DNA from: Enterobacterales bacterium endosymbiont of Anomoneura mori
GTDB lineage: Bacteria > Pseudomonadota > Gammaproteobacteria > Enterobacterales > Enterobacteriaceae_A
Direction of reading: 5' to 3'
Length of the DNA: 32,000 nt
NCBI RefSeq assembly: GCF_047159375.1
Contig: NZ_AP031381.1
Location: forward strand, 150,001-182,000
Positions 9,304 to 18,257 of the stretch are shown one piece after another. How positions within the stretch are numbered: position 1 is the stretch's first letter; every line of letters starts with the position of its first letter. The notes beneath the pieces were generated by a model. It searched no databases, had not been told where the DNA came from, and saw nothing but the letters and a program-made list of their open reading frames with translations. A program made the position numbers and the translations under genes.

Positions 9304-10263
9304 ATGAATTATATATATAATTTTTATATCAATGATTTAAATTTAATAAATAATATTAATAAAAAAATATTAAATAAAATTAAAAAAATTTTAAATATTA
9401 AAAATATTAAAATATATAAAATAATATATTCAAATGATGGAACAATAAAATTTATAATGAAAATTGATAAACAAAGAATCGAAACTATTTATATACCTGA
9501 AAAATATCGTGCTACTTTATGTATATCTTCACAAATTGGATGTTTTGTAGGGTGTAAATTTTGTTTAACAGGTAAACAAGGATTTAATAGAAATCTTTAT
9601 ATTTCAGAAATTATTAGTCAAATTTTAAATGTTAAAAAAATTATTAAAAAAAAAAAATTAAAAAATATTACAAATATAGTATTTATGGGAATGGGAGAAC
9701 CTTTATTAAATTTTAAAAATGTTGTTTCTTCAATTTTAATTATAGTTGATAAATATTGTTTAAATTTTTCAAAATATCGTATTACTTTATCTACTGTAGG
9801 TATAATACCAGCTTTAAAAAAATTAAAAAACATAATTGATATTAATTTAGCATTATCATTGCATTTCACAAATAATAAAATACGTAATAATTTAATACCA
9901 ATTAATAATAAATATAATATTAAAAATATTTTAAAAGCATCAAAAGAATATATTAATAATTCTAAAGTAAATAAAAATGGTTTAACAATTGAATATGTTA
10001 TGTTAAAAAATGTTAATGATAATACTAAAGATGTATATAAATTAATTTCAATATTAAAAAATATACCATGTAAAATTAATTTAATACCATTTAATAATTT
10101 TTTAAAATCAAAATTTATATGTAGTACAAAAAAAAAAATTAATACTTTTTTTAAAATATTAAAAAAAAATGGTTTTATTGTTACTATTAGGAAAAAAAGA
10201 GGTAATGATATTAATGCTTCTTGTGGACAATTATCTGGAAAAATATTAAATCGTATAAATTAA
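9304..10263 (+). CDS. rlmN: 23S rRNA/tRNA adenine-C2 methyltransferase RlmN (radical SAM); the true 5' end probably lies upstream of 9304
   Basis: It has a radical-SAM cluster (SSQIGCFVGCKFCLTG), GMGEPLLN and C-terminal DINASCGQL. In-frame codons just upstream (9271-9303) read [11 protein letters not shown], which belongs to the conserved RlmN N-terminus. No ATG, GTG or TTG occurs in frame before 9304. Confidence 0.9.
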   Translation: MNYIYNFYINDLNLINNINKKILNKIKKILNIKNIKIYKIIYSNDGTIKFIMKIDKQRIETIYIPEKYRATLCISSQIGCFVGCKFCLTGKQGFNRNLYISEIISQILNVKKIIKKKKLKNITNIVFMGMGEPLLNFKNVVSSILIIVDKYCLNFSKYRITLSTVGIIPALKKLKNIIDINLALSLHFTNNKIRNNLIPINNKYNIKNILKASKEYINNSKVNKNGLTIEYVMLKNVNDNTKDVYKLISILKNIPCKINLIPFNNFLKSKFICSTKKKINTFFKILKKNGFIVTIRKKRGNDINASCGQLSGKILNRIN

Positions 10264-10351
10264 AACAATATTTTAAAATAATTTTTTATTATAATTAATA
10301 TTTTTATATTTTTTTTATAAATTTAAAATATATTTAAAATTTTTTTAAAAA

Positions 10352-11620
10352 ATGAATATTAAAATACAATCAATACGTGGAATGAATGATATATTACCAA
10401 AAGAAATTAATTTATGGCAAAAAATAGAAAATATAATTAAAAAAATATTAAATTCATATGGTTATAATGAAATAAGATTACCAATTTTAGAAAAATCTAA
10501 TCTTTTTAATAAAACAATAGGTATGGAATCTGATATTTTAAAAAAAGAAATGTATACTTTTTTTGATCGTAATTTAGAAAGTATATCATTAAGACCAGAA
10601 GCAACAGTTAGTTGTATAAGATCAGGTATAGAACATAAATTTTTAAATAATAAAATACAACGTTTATGGTATATTGGTCCCATGTTTCGTTATGAACGAC
10701 CACAAAAAGGAAGATATCGTCAATTTAACCAAATTGGAATTGAAGTATTTGGAATACCAAATCCTGAAATAGATGCAGAATTAATTTTAATTACTTTAAG
10801 AATATGGAAAAAATTAGGTTTATTAAATTATATTAAATTAGAAATTAATTCAATAGGTACAATTGAAGATAGAATTAAATATAACAAAGATTTAATTATT
10901 TTTTTAAAAAAAAATATAAATTTATTAAATTTTAAAAATATATATATAAATCCAATTCGTTTATTAGATTCAAAAAATATTAAAATAAAAAAAATAATTA
11001 AAAAAGCTCCAAATTTAATAAAATATATAAATAAAAAATCAAAAATACATTTTTATAAATTATGTAAAATATTAAATAAAAATGGTATAAAATATAATAT
11101 AAATAAAAATATTATAAGAGGATTAGATTATTATAATTCTACAGTTTTTGAATGGATAACAAAAAAAATAGGTATAAAAGGAACTATTTGTGGTGGTGGT
11201 AGATATGATAAATTAGTTGAACAATTAGGAGGAAATAAAATTCCAGCTATTGGATGTGCTATTGGTCTTGAAAGATTAATATTATTATTTAAAAATGTTA
11301 AAAATATTTTTAAATATAAATTAAAAATAGATTTAAATATAATTATTTTAAATATAAATATAAATAAACTAAAATTAGTTGAATATATACATAATAAAAT
11401 ACCTAAATTACGAATATATATTAATTATAATAATTTAAATATTAAAAAACAATTAATTAATTCACAAAATATTAATTCATATTTTGTATTAATAATAGGA
11501 GAAAATGAATTATATAATAAAAATATTATATTAAAAAATATAATAAATAGAAAACAATTAATATTACCAAAAAATGAAATTATTTTTTATTTAAAAATAT
11601 TATTTAATAATAAAAAATAA
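10352..11620 (+). CDS. hisS: Histidine--tRNA ligase
   Basis: 422 aa. It has class II aaRS motifs (LRPEATVS, YIGPMFRYERPQKGRYRQFNQIG, GGGRYDKLVEQLGG, AIGCAIGLERL). Confidence 0.95.
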   Translation: MNIKIQSIRGMNDILPKEINLWQKIENIIKKILNSYGYNEIRLPILEKSNLFNKTIGMESDILKKEMYTFFDRNLESISLRPEATVSCIRSGIEHKFLNNKIQRLWYIGPMFRYERPQKGRYRQFNQIGIEVFGIPNPEIDAELILITLRIWKKLGLLNYIKLEINSIGTIEDRIKYNKDLIIFLKKNINLLNFKNIYINPIRLLDSKNIKIKKIIKKAPNLIKYINKKSKIHFYKLCKILNKNGIKYNINKNIIRGLDYYNSTVFEWITKKIGIKGTICGGGRYDKLVEQLGGNKIPAIGCAIGLERLILLFKNVKNIFKYKLKIDLNIIILNININKLKLVEYIHNKIPKLRIYINYNNLNIKKQLINSQNINSYFVLIIGENELYNKNIILKNIINRKQLILPKNEIIFYLKILFNNKK

Positions 11621-11654
11621 TAAAATATTTTTATAAAAATAATGGAGTTTTTAA

Positions 11655-12998
11655 ATGATACCTATTATAACAATTATTGGAAAATCTAATGTAGGAAAAT
11701 CTACTTTATTTAATTATTTATTATGTAAAAAAAAATCTTTAGTTAATAATTCTTTAAATTTAACAAGAGATCGTAATTATGGTTATATAAAAATTAAAAA
11801 TAAAAATTTTATAATTGTTGATACTGGTGGAGTTAATAATTTTAAAGATGATATACAAATTAAAATAGCAGCTCAAATTTTTATATCTATAAAAAAAAGT
11901 AATATAATATTTTTTTTAGTTGATGCTTATGAAAATTTAACACCAGAAGATGAAATATTTAATAAATATATTTATGAATTTAAAGATAAAATATTTTTAA
12001 TTATTAATAAAATAGATAAAGTAAATTATAAAATAAAAAATTTAAATTTTTATAAACTTGGAATTAATAATAAAATATTTCCTATTTCTTCTTATAATGG
12101 ATATGGTATAAATATTCTTTTTGAAAATATTATTTTATTTTTAAAAAAAAATAATAAAAAAATAAAAATAAAAAAAATAAAAAAAATAAAAAAAAAAAAA
12201 GAAATTAAAATTAAACTCATTATAATAGGTAAACCTAATGTAGGTAAATCTACTTTAATAAATAATATTTTAAATGAAGAAAGAATTATAGTACATAATT
12301 TACCTGGAACTACTAATGATTGTATATATATTCCAACAATATATAATAAAATAAAATATATTATTATTGATACTCCAGGAATTATTAATATAAAAAATAA
12401 TAATAAAAATATTTTATATATATCAAAAATTTTAAAATTAATTAAAAAATCTGATATTGTTTTATTTTTAATTGATATTGTAAAAGATATAACAAATAAA
12501 GATTTATTAATAATTAATTTTATTATTAAAAATGGTTATTCTTTAGTTATAGCATTTAATAAATTAGATAAAATTAATAAATATAAAATAATTGAAAAAA
12601 AAAATATTATTAAAAATTCTTTTAAATTTATTAAAAATACTTATATAAAATATATTTCTGGATTAAAAGGTATTGGAATTAAAAATTTATTAGATTCAAT
12701 AGAAAATACATATAAATCTTCTAAAAAACAAATTAAAACATCAAAAATAAATAAAGTAATGAAAAATGCTATTATAAAACATCAACCACCAATATTTAAA
12801 GGATATCCTATTAAATTTAAATATGCACATTTAGGTAATTATAATCCATTAACTATTATTATACATGGTAATAAAGTTATAAATATTACAAAATTATATA
12901 AAAAATATTTAATTAATTATTTTAGTAAAAAATTAAATATTATAGGAACAAAAATATTATTAAAATTTAAAGAAAATAAAAACCCATATAAAAATTAA
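11655..12998 (+). CDS. der: Ribosome-biogenesis GTPase Der (EngA)
   Basis: 447 aa. It has two tandem GTPase domains (GKSNVGKSTL..DTGG..NKID and GKPNVGKSTL..DTPG..NKLD) and a KH-like C-terminus. A GGAG SD lies 7 nt upstream of the ATG. Confidence 0.93.
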   Translation: MIPIITIIGKSNVGKSTLFNYLLCKKKSLVNNSLNLTRDRNYGYIKIKNKNFIIVDTGGVNNFKDDIQIKIAAQIFISIKKSNIIFFLVDAYENLTPEDEIFNKYIYEFKDKIFLIINKIDKVNYKIKNLNFYKLGINNKIFPISSYNGYGINILFENIILFLKKNNKKIKIKKIKKIKKKKEIKIKLIIIGKPNVGKSTLINNILNEERIIVHNLPGTTNDCIYIPTIYNKIKYIIIDTPGIINIKNNNKNILYISKILKLIKKSDIVLFLIDIVKDITNKDLLIINFIIKNGYSLVIAFNKLDKINKYKIIEKKNIIKNSFKFIKNTYIKYISGLKGIGIKNLLDSIENTYKSSKKQIKTSKINKVMKNAIIKHQPPIFKGYPIKFKYAHLGNYNPLTIIIHGNKVINITKLYKKYLINYFSKKLNIIGTKILLKFKENKNPYKN

Positions 12999-13016
12999 CA
13001 AAAAATAAATAAATAA

Positions 13017-13089
13017 CTGGGGTGCCTGGATTTGAACCAGGGAATGCCGATATCAAAAACCGGTGCCTTAACCACTTGGCTACACCCCA
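13017..13089 (-). tRNA. glnU: tRNA-Gln (anticodon UUG)
   Basis: The reverse complement is TGGGGTGTAGCCAAGTGGTTAAGGCACCGGTTTTTGATATCGGCATTCCCTGGTTCAAATCCAGGCACCCCAG. It folds as a cloverleaf with anticodon loop TTTTGAT and is near-identical to E. coli tRNA-Gln. No CCA is encoded. Confidence 0.93.
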
Positions 13090-13093
13090 AATA

Positions 13094-13175
13094 TACGGGA
13101 GACGAGATTTGAACTCGTATACTTATTAGTGCCAGATCCTAAATCTGGTGCGTCTACCAATTTCGCCACACCCGT
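13094..13175 (-). tRNA. leuW: tRNA-Leu (anticodon UAG), class II with long variable arm
   Basis: The reverse complement is ACGGGTGTGGCGAAATTGGTAGACGCACCAGATTTAGGATCTGGCACTAATAAGTATACGAGTTCAAATCTCGTCTCCCGTA. The anticodon loop is TTTAGGA and it resembles E. coli leuW. There is one T:T mismatch in the acceptor stem. No CCA is encoded. Confidence 0.9.
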
Positions 13176-13177
13176 TT

Positions 13178-13250
13178 TAGCTACGACGGGATTTGAACCC
13201 ATGACCCCATTATTATGAATAATGTGCTCTAACCTCTGAGCTACGTAGCT
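13178..13250 (-). tRNA. metT: tRNA-Met (anticodon CAU), elongator type
   Basis: The reverse complement is AGCTACGTAGCTCAGAGGTTAGAGCACATTATTCATAATAATGGGGTCATGGGTTCAAATCCCGTCGTAGCTA. It closely matches E. coli elongator metT. It lacks the initiator features (no three G-C pairs in the anticodon stem) and is unlike ileX. No CCA is encoded. Confidence 0.88.
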
Positions 13251-13277
13251 TTGAAATTTAAAAATTTATTAATAATT

Positions 13278-13306
13278 ATTATATTATAATAATTAAAAAT
13301 AATCAA
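13278..13306 (-). promoter_or_regulatory. Candidate promoter of the tRNA Met-Leu-Gln operon (TTGATT-N17-TATAAT)
   Basis: On the minus strand, TTGATT (13306-13301) is followed after 17 nt by a consensus TATAAT (13283-13278). That leaves about 27 nt to the mature tRNA-Met 5' end. A chance match is possible in AT-rich DNA. Confidence 0.3.
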
Positions 13307-13430
13307 GTTTTAAAAAATATTTTAAAAATAAAAACTTAATAAAATTAAATTTAATAAAAATATTATAAAAAATAAACTTATTTATTTTTTAATAATTTAT
13401 AAAAAATTAAAAATATAAAGGAAAATATTA

Positions 13431-13949
13431 ATGAAAAAAAAAATAGGTATTTTTTTTGGTAGTGACACAGGAAATACTAAAAAAATTGCTAAAATTATAC
13501 AAAAAAAAATTAATATTTCTTCAAAAATTTATAATATATCTAAAAGTAATAAAAAAAATTTAGAAAATTATAATATTTTAATATTTGGAATACCTACTTG
13601 GTATTATGGTGAACCTCAATCTGATTGGTTTAATTTTTTTCCAATACTTAAAAAAATAAATTTTAAAAATAAACATGTTGCATTATTTGGTTGTGGTGAT
13701 CAAGAAGATTATTCTGAATATTTTTGTGATGCATTAAAATATATTTATGATATTATAATCCCTTTGGGAGCTAATATAATTGGATATTGGAAAAATTCAG
13801 GATATATTTTTAAAAAATCTAAAAGTTTATTAAATGATAATAATTTTATAGGTTTAATAATTGATGAAGATAGACAACCAGAGTTAACTAATTATAGAAT
13901 TGATAAATGGTTAATTGAATTAAATAAAAATATAAAAAATTTAATTTAA
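13431..13949 (+). CDS. fldA: Flavodoxin (long-chain)
   Basis: 172 aa. It has an FMN-binding N-terminus ([16 protein letters not shown]), then GIPTWYYGE and [17 protein letters not shown]. An AAAGGA SD lies upstream. Confidence 0.93.
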   Translation: MKKKIGIFFGSDTGNTKKIAKIIQKKINISSKIYNISKSNKKNLENYNILIFGIPTWYYGEPQSDWFNFFPILKKINFKNKHVALFGCGDQEDYSEYFCDALKYIYDIIIPLGANIIGYWKNSGYIFKKSKSLLNDNNFIGLIIDEDRQPELTNYRIDKWLIELNKNIKNLI

Positions 13950-14067
13950 ATATTTTAAATATAATATTTATAAAAAATTAAATTAAATAATTTTTAAAAA
14001 ATTTAATTTAAATATTTTAAATATAATATTTATAAAAAATTAAATTAAATAATTTTTAAAAAATTTA
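13934..14067. repeat. Perfect 62-bp tandem direct repeat, 2 full copies plus a 10-nt partial third
   Basis: Unit AAAAAATTTAATTTAAATATTTTAAATATAATATTTATAAAAAATTAAATTAAATAATTTTT occurs at 13934-13995 and again, identical as read, at 13996-14057. The first 10 nt recur at 14058-14067. Copy 1 contains the last codons and stop of fldA, and the partial copy overlaps the ribA stop. Confidence 0.85.
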
Positions 14068-14652
14068 TTTAAATAAATGACCCATTTTTTTTTTTTTAAT
14101 TTCTAAATATTTTTTATTTTTTGAATTTAAACCTGTTATTAATGGTATTCTTTCTGTAACAGTAATTCCATAATTATTTAATATTTTAATTTTTTCAGGA
14201 TTATTAGTAAGAAGACGAATTTTATATATATTTAATAATTTTAACATATCAGCACATAAAGAAAAATCTCTTTCATCATCAGCAAAACCTAATTTATTAT
14301 TTGCTTCTACAGTATCATAACCACGATCTTGTAATGAATATGCTTTAATTTTATTTAATAATCCTATATTTCTTCCTTCTTGTCTGTGATATAATATTAC
14401 TCCAGTTCCTTCTTTTTTTAACATTTCAAATGCACACTTTAATTGAAAACCACAATCACATCTTAAACTAAATAGTGCATCACCAGTCAAACATTCTGAA
14501 TGTATACGTGATAATACTGAAAATTCTTTTTTTATATCACCTAATATTAATGCTAAATGATCTTTACCTGTATTAATTTCTTTAAATCCTATCATAATAA
14601 AATCTCCCCAAGATGTTGGTAATTTAGTTTTAGCAATTTTTTTTAATTTCAT
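14065..14652 (-). CDS. ribA: GTP cyclohydrolase II (riboflavin biosynthesis)
   Basis: 195 aa. It has [23 protein letters not shown] (zinc and active site), [15 protein letters not shown] and LLTNNPEK. Confidence 0.95.
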   Translation of the reverse strand: MKLKKIAKTKLPTSWGDFIMIGFKEINTGKDHLALILGDIKKEFSVLSRIHSECLTGDALFSLRCDCGFQLKCAFEMLKKEGTGVILYHRQEGRNIGLLNKIKAYSLQDRGYDTVEANNKLGFADDERDFSLCADMLKLLNIYKIRLLTNNPEKIKILNNYGITVTERIPLITGLNSKNKKYLEIKKKKMGHLFK

Positions 14653-14759
14653 TTTTGTTTTTATTTAAGATAATTATTTAAATAAATTTTAAAAATTATT
14701 TTAATAATTTTTAAATTTTTTTTTTTAAATATTAATTAATTAATTATTTTTAAAAATAA

Positions 14760-15851
14760 ATGTCATTTGTTAAAAAAAACATAGTAGTCGGTGTATCTGG
14801 TGGAGTAGATTCTTCAATTGCTATTTATATTTTAAAAAAAATAGGTTTTAAAATTATTGGAGTATTTATGATTAATTGGGAAGAAAAAAATAATCAAAAT
14901 TGTAATATATATAAAGATTTTCATGATGCAAAAAATATTTGTAAAAAATTAAATATTAAATTAAAACAAATTAATTTTTCTGCTGAATATTGGGAAAATG
15001 TTTTTATATATTTTTTAAAAGAATATAAAATTGGTAATACACCTAATCCTGATATTTTATGTAATAAAGAAATTAAATTTAAAATATTTTTAAATTATGC
15101 TATTAAAAATCTTAAATCTAATTATATAGCTACTGGGCATTATTCATATATTAAAAATATTAAAAATAATTTTTTTTTTTTACGTTCATATGATAAAAAA
15201 AAAGATCAAAGTTACTTTTTACATAATTTGAATTTTAAAAAATTTAAAAGTATTTTATTTCCTATTAGTTTTTTAAAAAAAAAAGAAGTTAGATATATTG
15301 CAAAAAAACTAAATTTTATAAATTCAAAAAAAAAAAATTCAACAGGAATTTGTTTTATTGGAAAAAAAAAATTTAATTATTTTTTAAATTATTTTTTAAA
15401 TATAATTCCAGGTTTAATAATTACAAAAAATAATCAAATAGTTGGTATTCATAAAGGTATTATGTTTTATACTATTGGTCAAAGAAAAGGAATTAATATT
15501 AAAACTAAAAATAAAAATAAAAAACCATGGTATATAATAGAAAAAAAAAAAACTAATATTTTTGTAGTTCAAAATAATAAACATTGTTTATTATTTTATA
15601 AAAATTTAATTGCAAAAAAAATATATTGGATTAAAAATAAATTATTATTAAAATCTTTTAAATGTTTTATTAAAACACGTTATATTCAAGAATTAATTTT
15701 ATGCATTATTATTCCAATTGATTCAAAATATATTATAATAAATTTTAATAAACCAATAATTTCAATAACAAAAGGTCAATATGTTGTATTTTATTTAAAA
15801 AATTTTTGTTTAGGTGGTGGAATCATTGAATTAAATACATTTATTAATTAA
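14760..15851 (+). CDS. mnmA: tRNA-specific 2-thiouridylase MnmA
   Basis: 363 aa. It has a PP-loop (VGVSGGVDSS), then GNTPNPDILCNKEIKF, ATGHY, KDQSYFL and STGICFIG. Confidence 0.93.
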   Translation: MSFVKKNIVVGVSGGVDSSIAIYILKKIGFKIIGVFMINWEEKNNQNCNIYKDFHDAKNICKKLNIKLKQINFSAEYWENVFIYFLKEYKIGNTPNPDILCNKEIKFKIFLNYAIKNLKSNYIATGHYSYIKNIKNNFFFLRSYDKKKDQSYFLHNLNFKKFKSILFPISFLKKKEVRYIAKKLNFINSKKKNSTGICFIGKKKFNYFLNYFLNIIPGLIITKNNQIVGIHKGIMFYTIGQRKGINIKTKNKNKKPWYIIEKKKTNIFVVQNNKHCLLFYKNLIAKKIYWIKNKLLLKSFKCFIKTRYIQELILCIIIPIDSKYIIINFNKPIISITKGQYVVFYLKNFCLGGGIIELNTFIN

Positions 15852-16097
15852 AAAAATTATATTAAAATATTAATGTAATTAATTAAAATTTCAAAAAATA
15901 AAAAATATAATATATTTTAAAAATATTAATAAAGTATATTTTAATTTAATAATATTTTAAATAATATTAATATTTATATAAAAAAATAATAATTTAAATT
16001 TAATAAATAAATTAAATAATATTTTAATCTAAAATATTTTAAAAATTTTATTATATAATATTTTTAAAAAATTATTAAATAAATATTTAAATATAAA

Positions 16098-16844
16098 ATG
16101 AATAATTGGGTATTTGGAAAAATTTTAAATATAGAAAAATGTACAAATAATTTATTTAAATTTTTTATTAAAGCTAAAATTGATAAATTTATATCAGGAC
16201 AATTTACAAAAATTGCTTTTAAAATTAATAATATTATAATACAACGTGCATATTCATTTGTTAATAGTTGTAATAATCCAAATTTAGAATTTTATATATT
16301 ATTAATAAATAATGGAAAATTAAGTAAAAATTTTTCAAAATTAAAAATTAATTCAAAAATTTTAATTTCAAAAAAATCATTTGGTAATTTTATATTAAAA
16401 AATATACCTAAATGTGAAACATTATGGATGATTTGTTCAGGTACTGCTATAGGTCCATATTTATCTATATTAAATGAAAATAAAAATATAGAACATTTTA
16501 AAAATTTAATTTTAATTCATGCTAATAAATTTTTAAAAAATTGTAATTATAATTCTGAAATTATAAAATTAAAAAATAAATATTTTAAAAAACTTCATGT
16601 TTTAAATATTATTAGTAAAGAAAAAATTTTTGGAACTTTATATGGTCGAATAAATGAACTTATTAATAACGGTATATTAGAAAAAACTATTGGTATAGGA
16701 TTAAAATATAAAAAATGTCATGTTATGATTTGTGGAAATCCGTTTATGATAAAAGATACTATTAAAATATTAATAAATTTAAGAAATATGAAAAAACATT
16801 CAAATTTTAAAAATGGTAATATTACTATTGAAAGATATTGGTAA
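16098..16844 (+). CDS. fpr: Ferredoxin/flavodoxin--NADP+ reductase
   Basis: 248 aa, the same length as E. coli Fpr. It has GQFTKI, RAYSFVN (FAD-binding RxYS), LWMICSGTAIGPYLSIL, VMICGNPFM and a C-terminal ERYW. Confidence 0.92.
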   Translation: MNNWVFGKILNIEKCTNNLFKFFIKAKIDKFISGQFTKIAFKINNIIIQRAYSFVNSCNNPNLEFYILLINNGKLSKNFSKLKINSKILISKKSFGNFILKNIPKCETLWMICSGTAIGPYLSILNENKNIEHFKNLILIHANKFLKNCNYNSEIIKLKNKYFKKLHVLNIISKEKIFGTLYGRINELINNGILEKTIGIGLKYKKCHVMICGNPFMIKDTIKILINLRNMKKHSNFKNGNITIERYW

Positions 16845-16876
16845 AAAAATATAAATTTAATTAATTAAAAAAAATT

Positions 16877-18133
16877 TTATATATATTTAATATTATTCAT
16901 ATATGAACGTAAAATTTTAGGTATTTTAATTTTTCCATCAATTGTTTGATAATTTTCAAGTATTGCTGCTAATGTTCTACTAATTGCTAAACCAGAACCA
17001 TTTAATGTATGTACAAAAAATTTTTTTTTTTTATTTATATATTTTGTATTCATTCTTCTTGATTGAAAATCTTTCATATTTGAACATGATGAAATTTCAC
17101 AATAATTATTTTGTGAAGGCATCCAAACTTCTAAATCATAAGTTTTAGAAGAACTAAAACTTAAATTATTTGTACATATTAAAATTTTTCTATATGGTAA
17201 TTCTAATAATTGTAAAATTTTTTCAGCATGTTTTGTAATTTCTTCTAATGCATTATTAGAATTTTCTTTAGAAACTATTTGAACAATTTCGACTTTATCA
17301 AATTGATGCATTCTAATTAATCCTTTACTTTCTTTTCCATATGATCCAGCTTCTGCTCTAAAACAAGGTGTATGTGTAGTTATTTTAATAGGTAATTGTG
17401 TTATTTTAAAAATTTTATTATTAAATAAATTTGTTAATGGAACTTCACCTGTTGGGATTAATGCATATTCATTATTTTTATTTAATTTATTATAAAAATT
17501 TACATATAATAAATTTTTATTAAATTTAGGTAAATGCCCAGTACAAAATAAAGTTTTTTTATTAACTAAATATGGTACATACATTTCAATATAACCATGT
17601 TCTTTAGTATGTAAATTTAACATAAATTGTATTAATGCTCTATGCATTTGTGCAATTTTTCCTTTCATTACAACAAATCGTGTACAACTTAATTTTGTTG
17701 AAATATTAAAATCTAAACCATCTAAATATTTACCAATATCAACATGATTATAAATATTTTTTTTTATAATTTTTCCTTTTATTTTTATAACTTTATCAAA
17801 TAATTTATAATTTAAAATTGATTTATCTGGTAAATTTGGTATAATTGATAAATAATTAATTAAATCTTTTTTACAATTTTTTAAAACATTTTTTTTTTCT
17901 TTAATTATTTTATTAATTTTTTTATTATTTTCAAATATTTTTTTTTTTTTTATATTTTTATAATTAGATAAAAAATTTTTTTTTGTTTGTAATTTTTCTA
18001 TTTTTAATTGTAATATTTTTTTAAATTTTTTTTTAAAAATTATATATTCTATATTTAATATAAATTTTTTTAAAAATAAAAATTTTTTAATTTTAATTAA
18101 ATTATTATATTTTAATAATTTTAAATTAATCAT
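16877..18133 (-). CDS. serS: Serine--tRNA ligase
   Basis: 418 aa. It has an N-terminal coiled coil and class II motifs ([58 protein letters not shown]). Confidence 0.95.
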   Translation of the reverse strand: MINLKLLKYNNLIKIKKFLFLKKFILNIEYIIFKKKFKKILQLKIEKLQTKKNFLSNYKNIKKKKIFENNKKINKIIKEKKNVLKNCKKDLINYLSIIPNLPDKSILNYKLFDKVIKIKGKIIKKNIYNHVDIGKYLDGLDFNISTKLSCTRFVVMKGKIAQMHRALIQFMLNLHTKEHGYIEMYVPYLVNKKTLFCTGHLPKFNKNLLYVNFYNKLNKNNEYALIPTGEVPLTNLFNNKIFKITQLPIKITTHTPCFRAEAGSYGKESKGLIRMHQFDKVEIVQIVSKENSNNALEEITKHAEKILQLLELPYRKILICTNNLSFSSSKTYDLEVWMPSQNNYCEISSCSNMKDFQSRRMNTKYINKKKKFFVHTLNGSGLAISRTLAAILENYQTIDGKIKIPKILRSYMNNIKYI

Positions 18134-18257
18134 TTTTTCCTTAAAATTTAAAATAATTTAATAACTTTTTTTAATAATAATATTTTTATATTATTTATTA
18201 AAAAATATAAATTAATATTAATTAATTTAATTATAAATTTAAATAATTGGGTGATTA

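Noticed and set aside
9618-9869. 83-aa ORF antisense to rlmN
   Set aside because: It is a shadow ORF within a well-supported CDS. It has no recognisable motifs and an F/I/K-rich composition.
10462-10683. 73-aa ORF antisense to hisS
   Set aside because: It is a shadow ORF inside hisS with no independent support.
12141-12200. A7-8/T microsatellite-like repeat in der as a non-coding repeat element
   Set aside because: It is in frame and translates to the Lys/Ile-rich inter-domain linker (KKNNKKIKIKKIKKIKKKKE). It is reported only as a slippage-prone tract, not as a separate element.
13178-13250. tRNA with CAT anticodon as initiator tRNA-fMet or as the lysidine-modified tRNA-Ile2 (tilS is in the window)
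   Set aside because: The sequence tracks E. coli elongator metT almost base for base in the D, anticodon and T arms. It lacks the initiator G-C triplet in the anticodon stem and is unlike ileX.
15852-16097. 246-bp mnmA-fpr spacer (and the 290-bp spacer at 2295-2584) as possible eroded pseudogene remnants
   Set aside because: I could not recognise any residual protein similarity in any frame. The sequence is essentially pure A/T, so the idea cannot be supported without comparative genomes.
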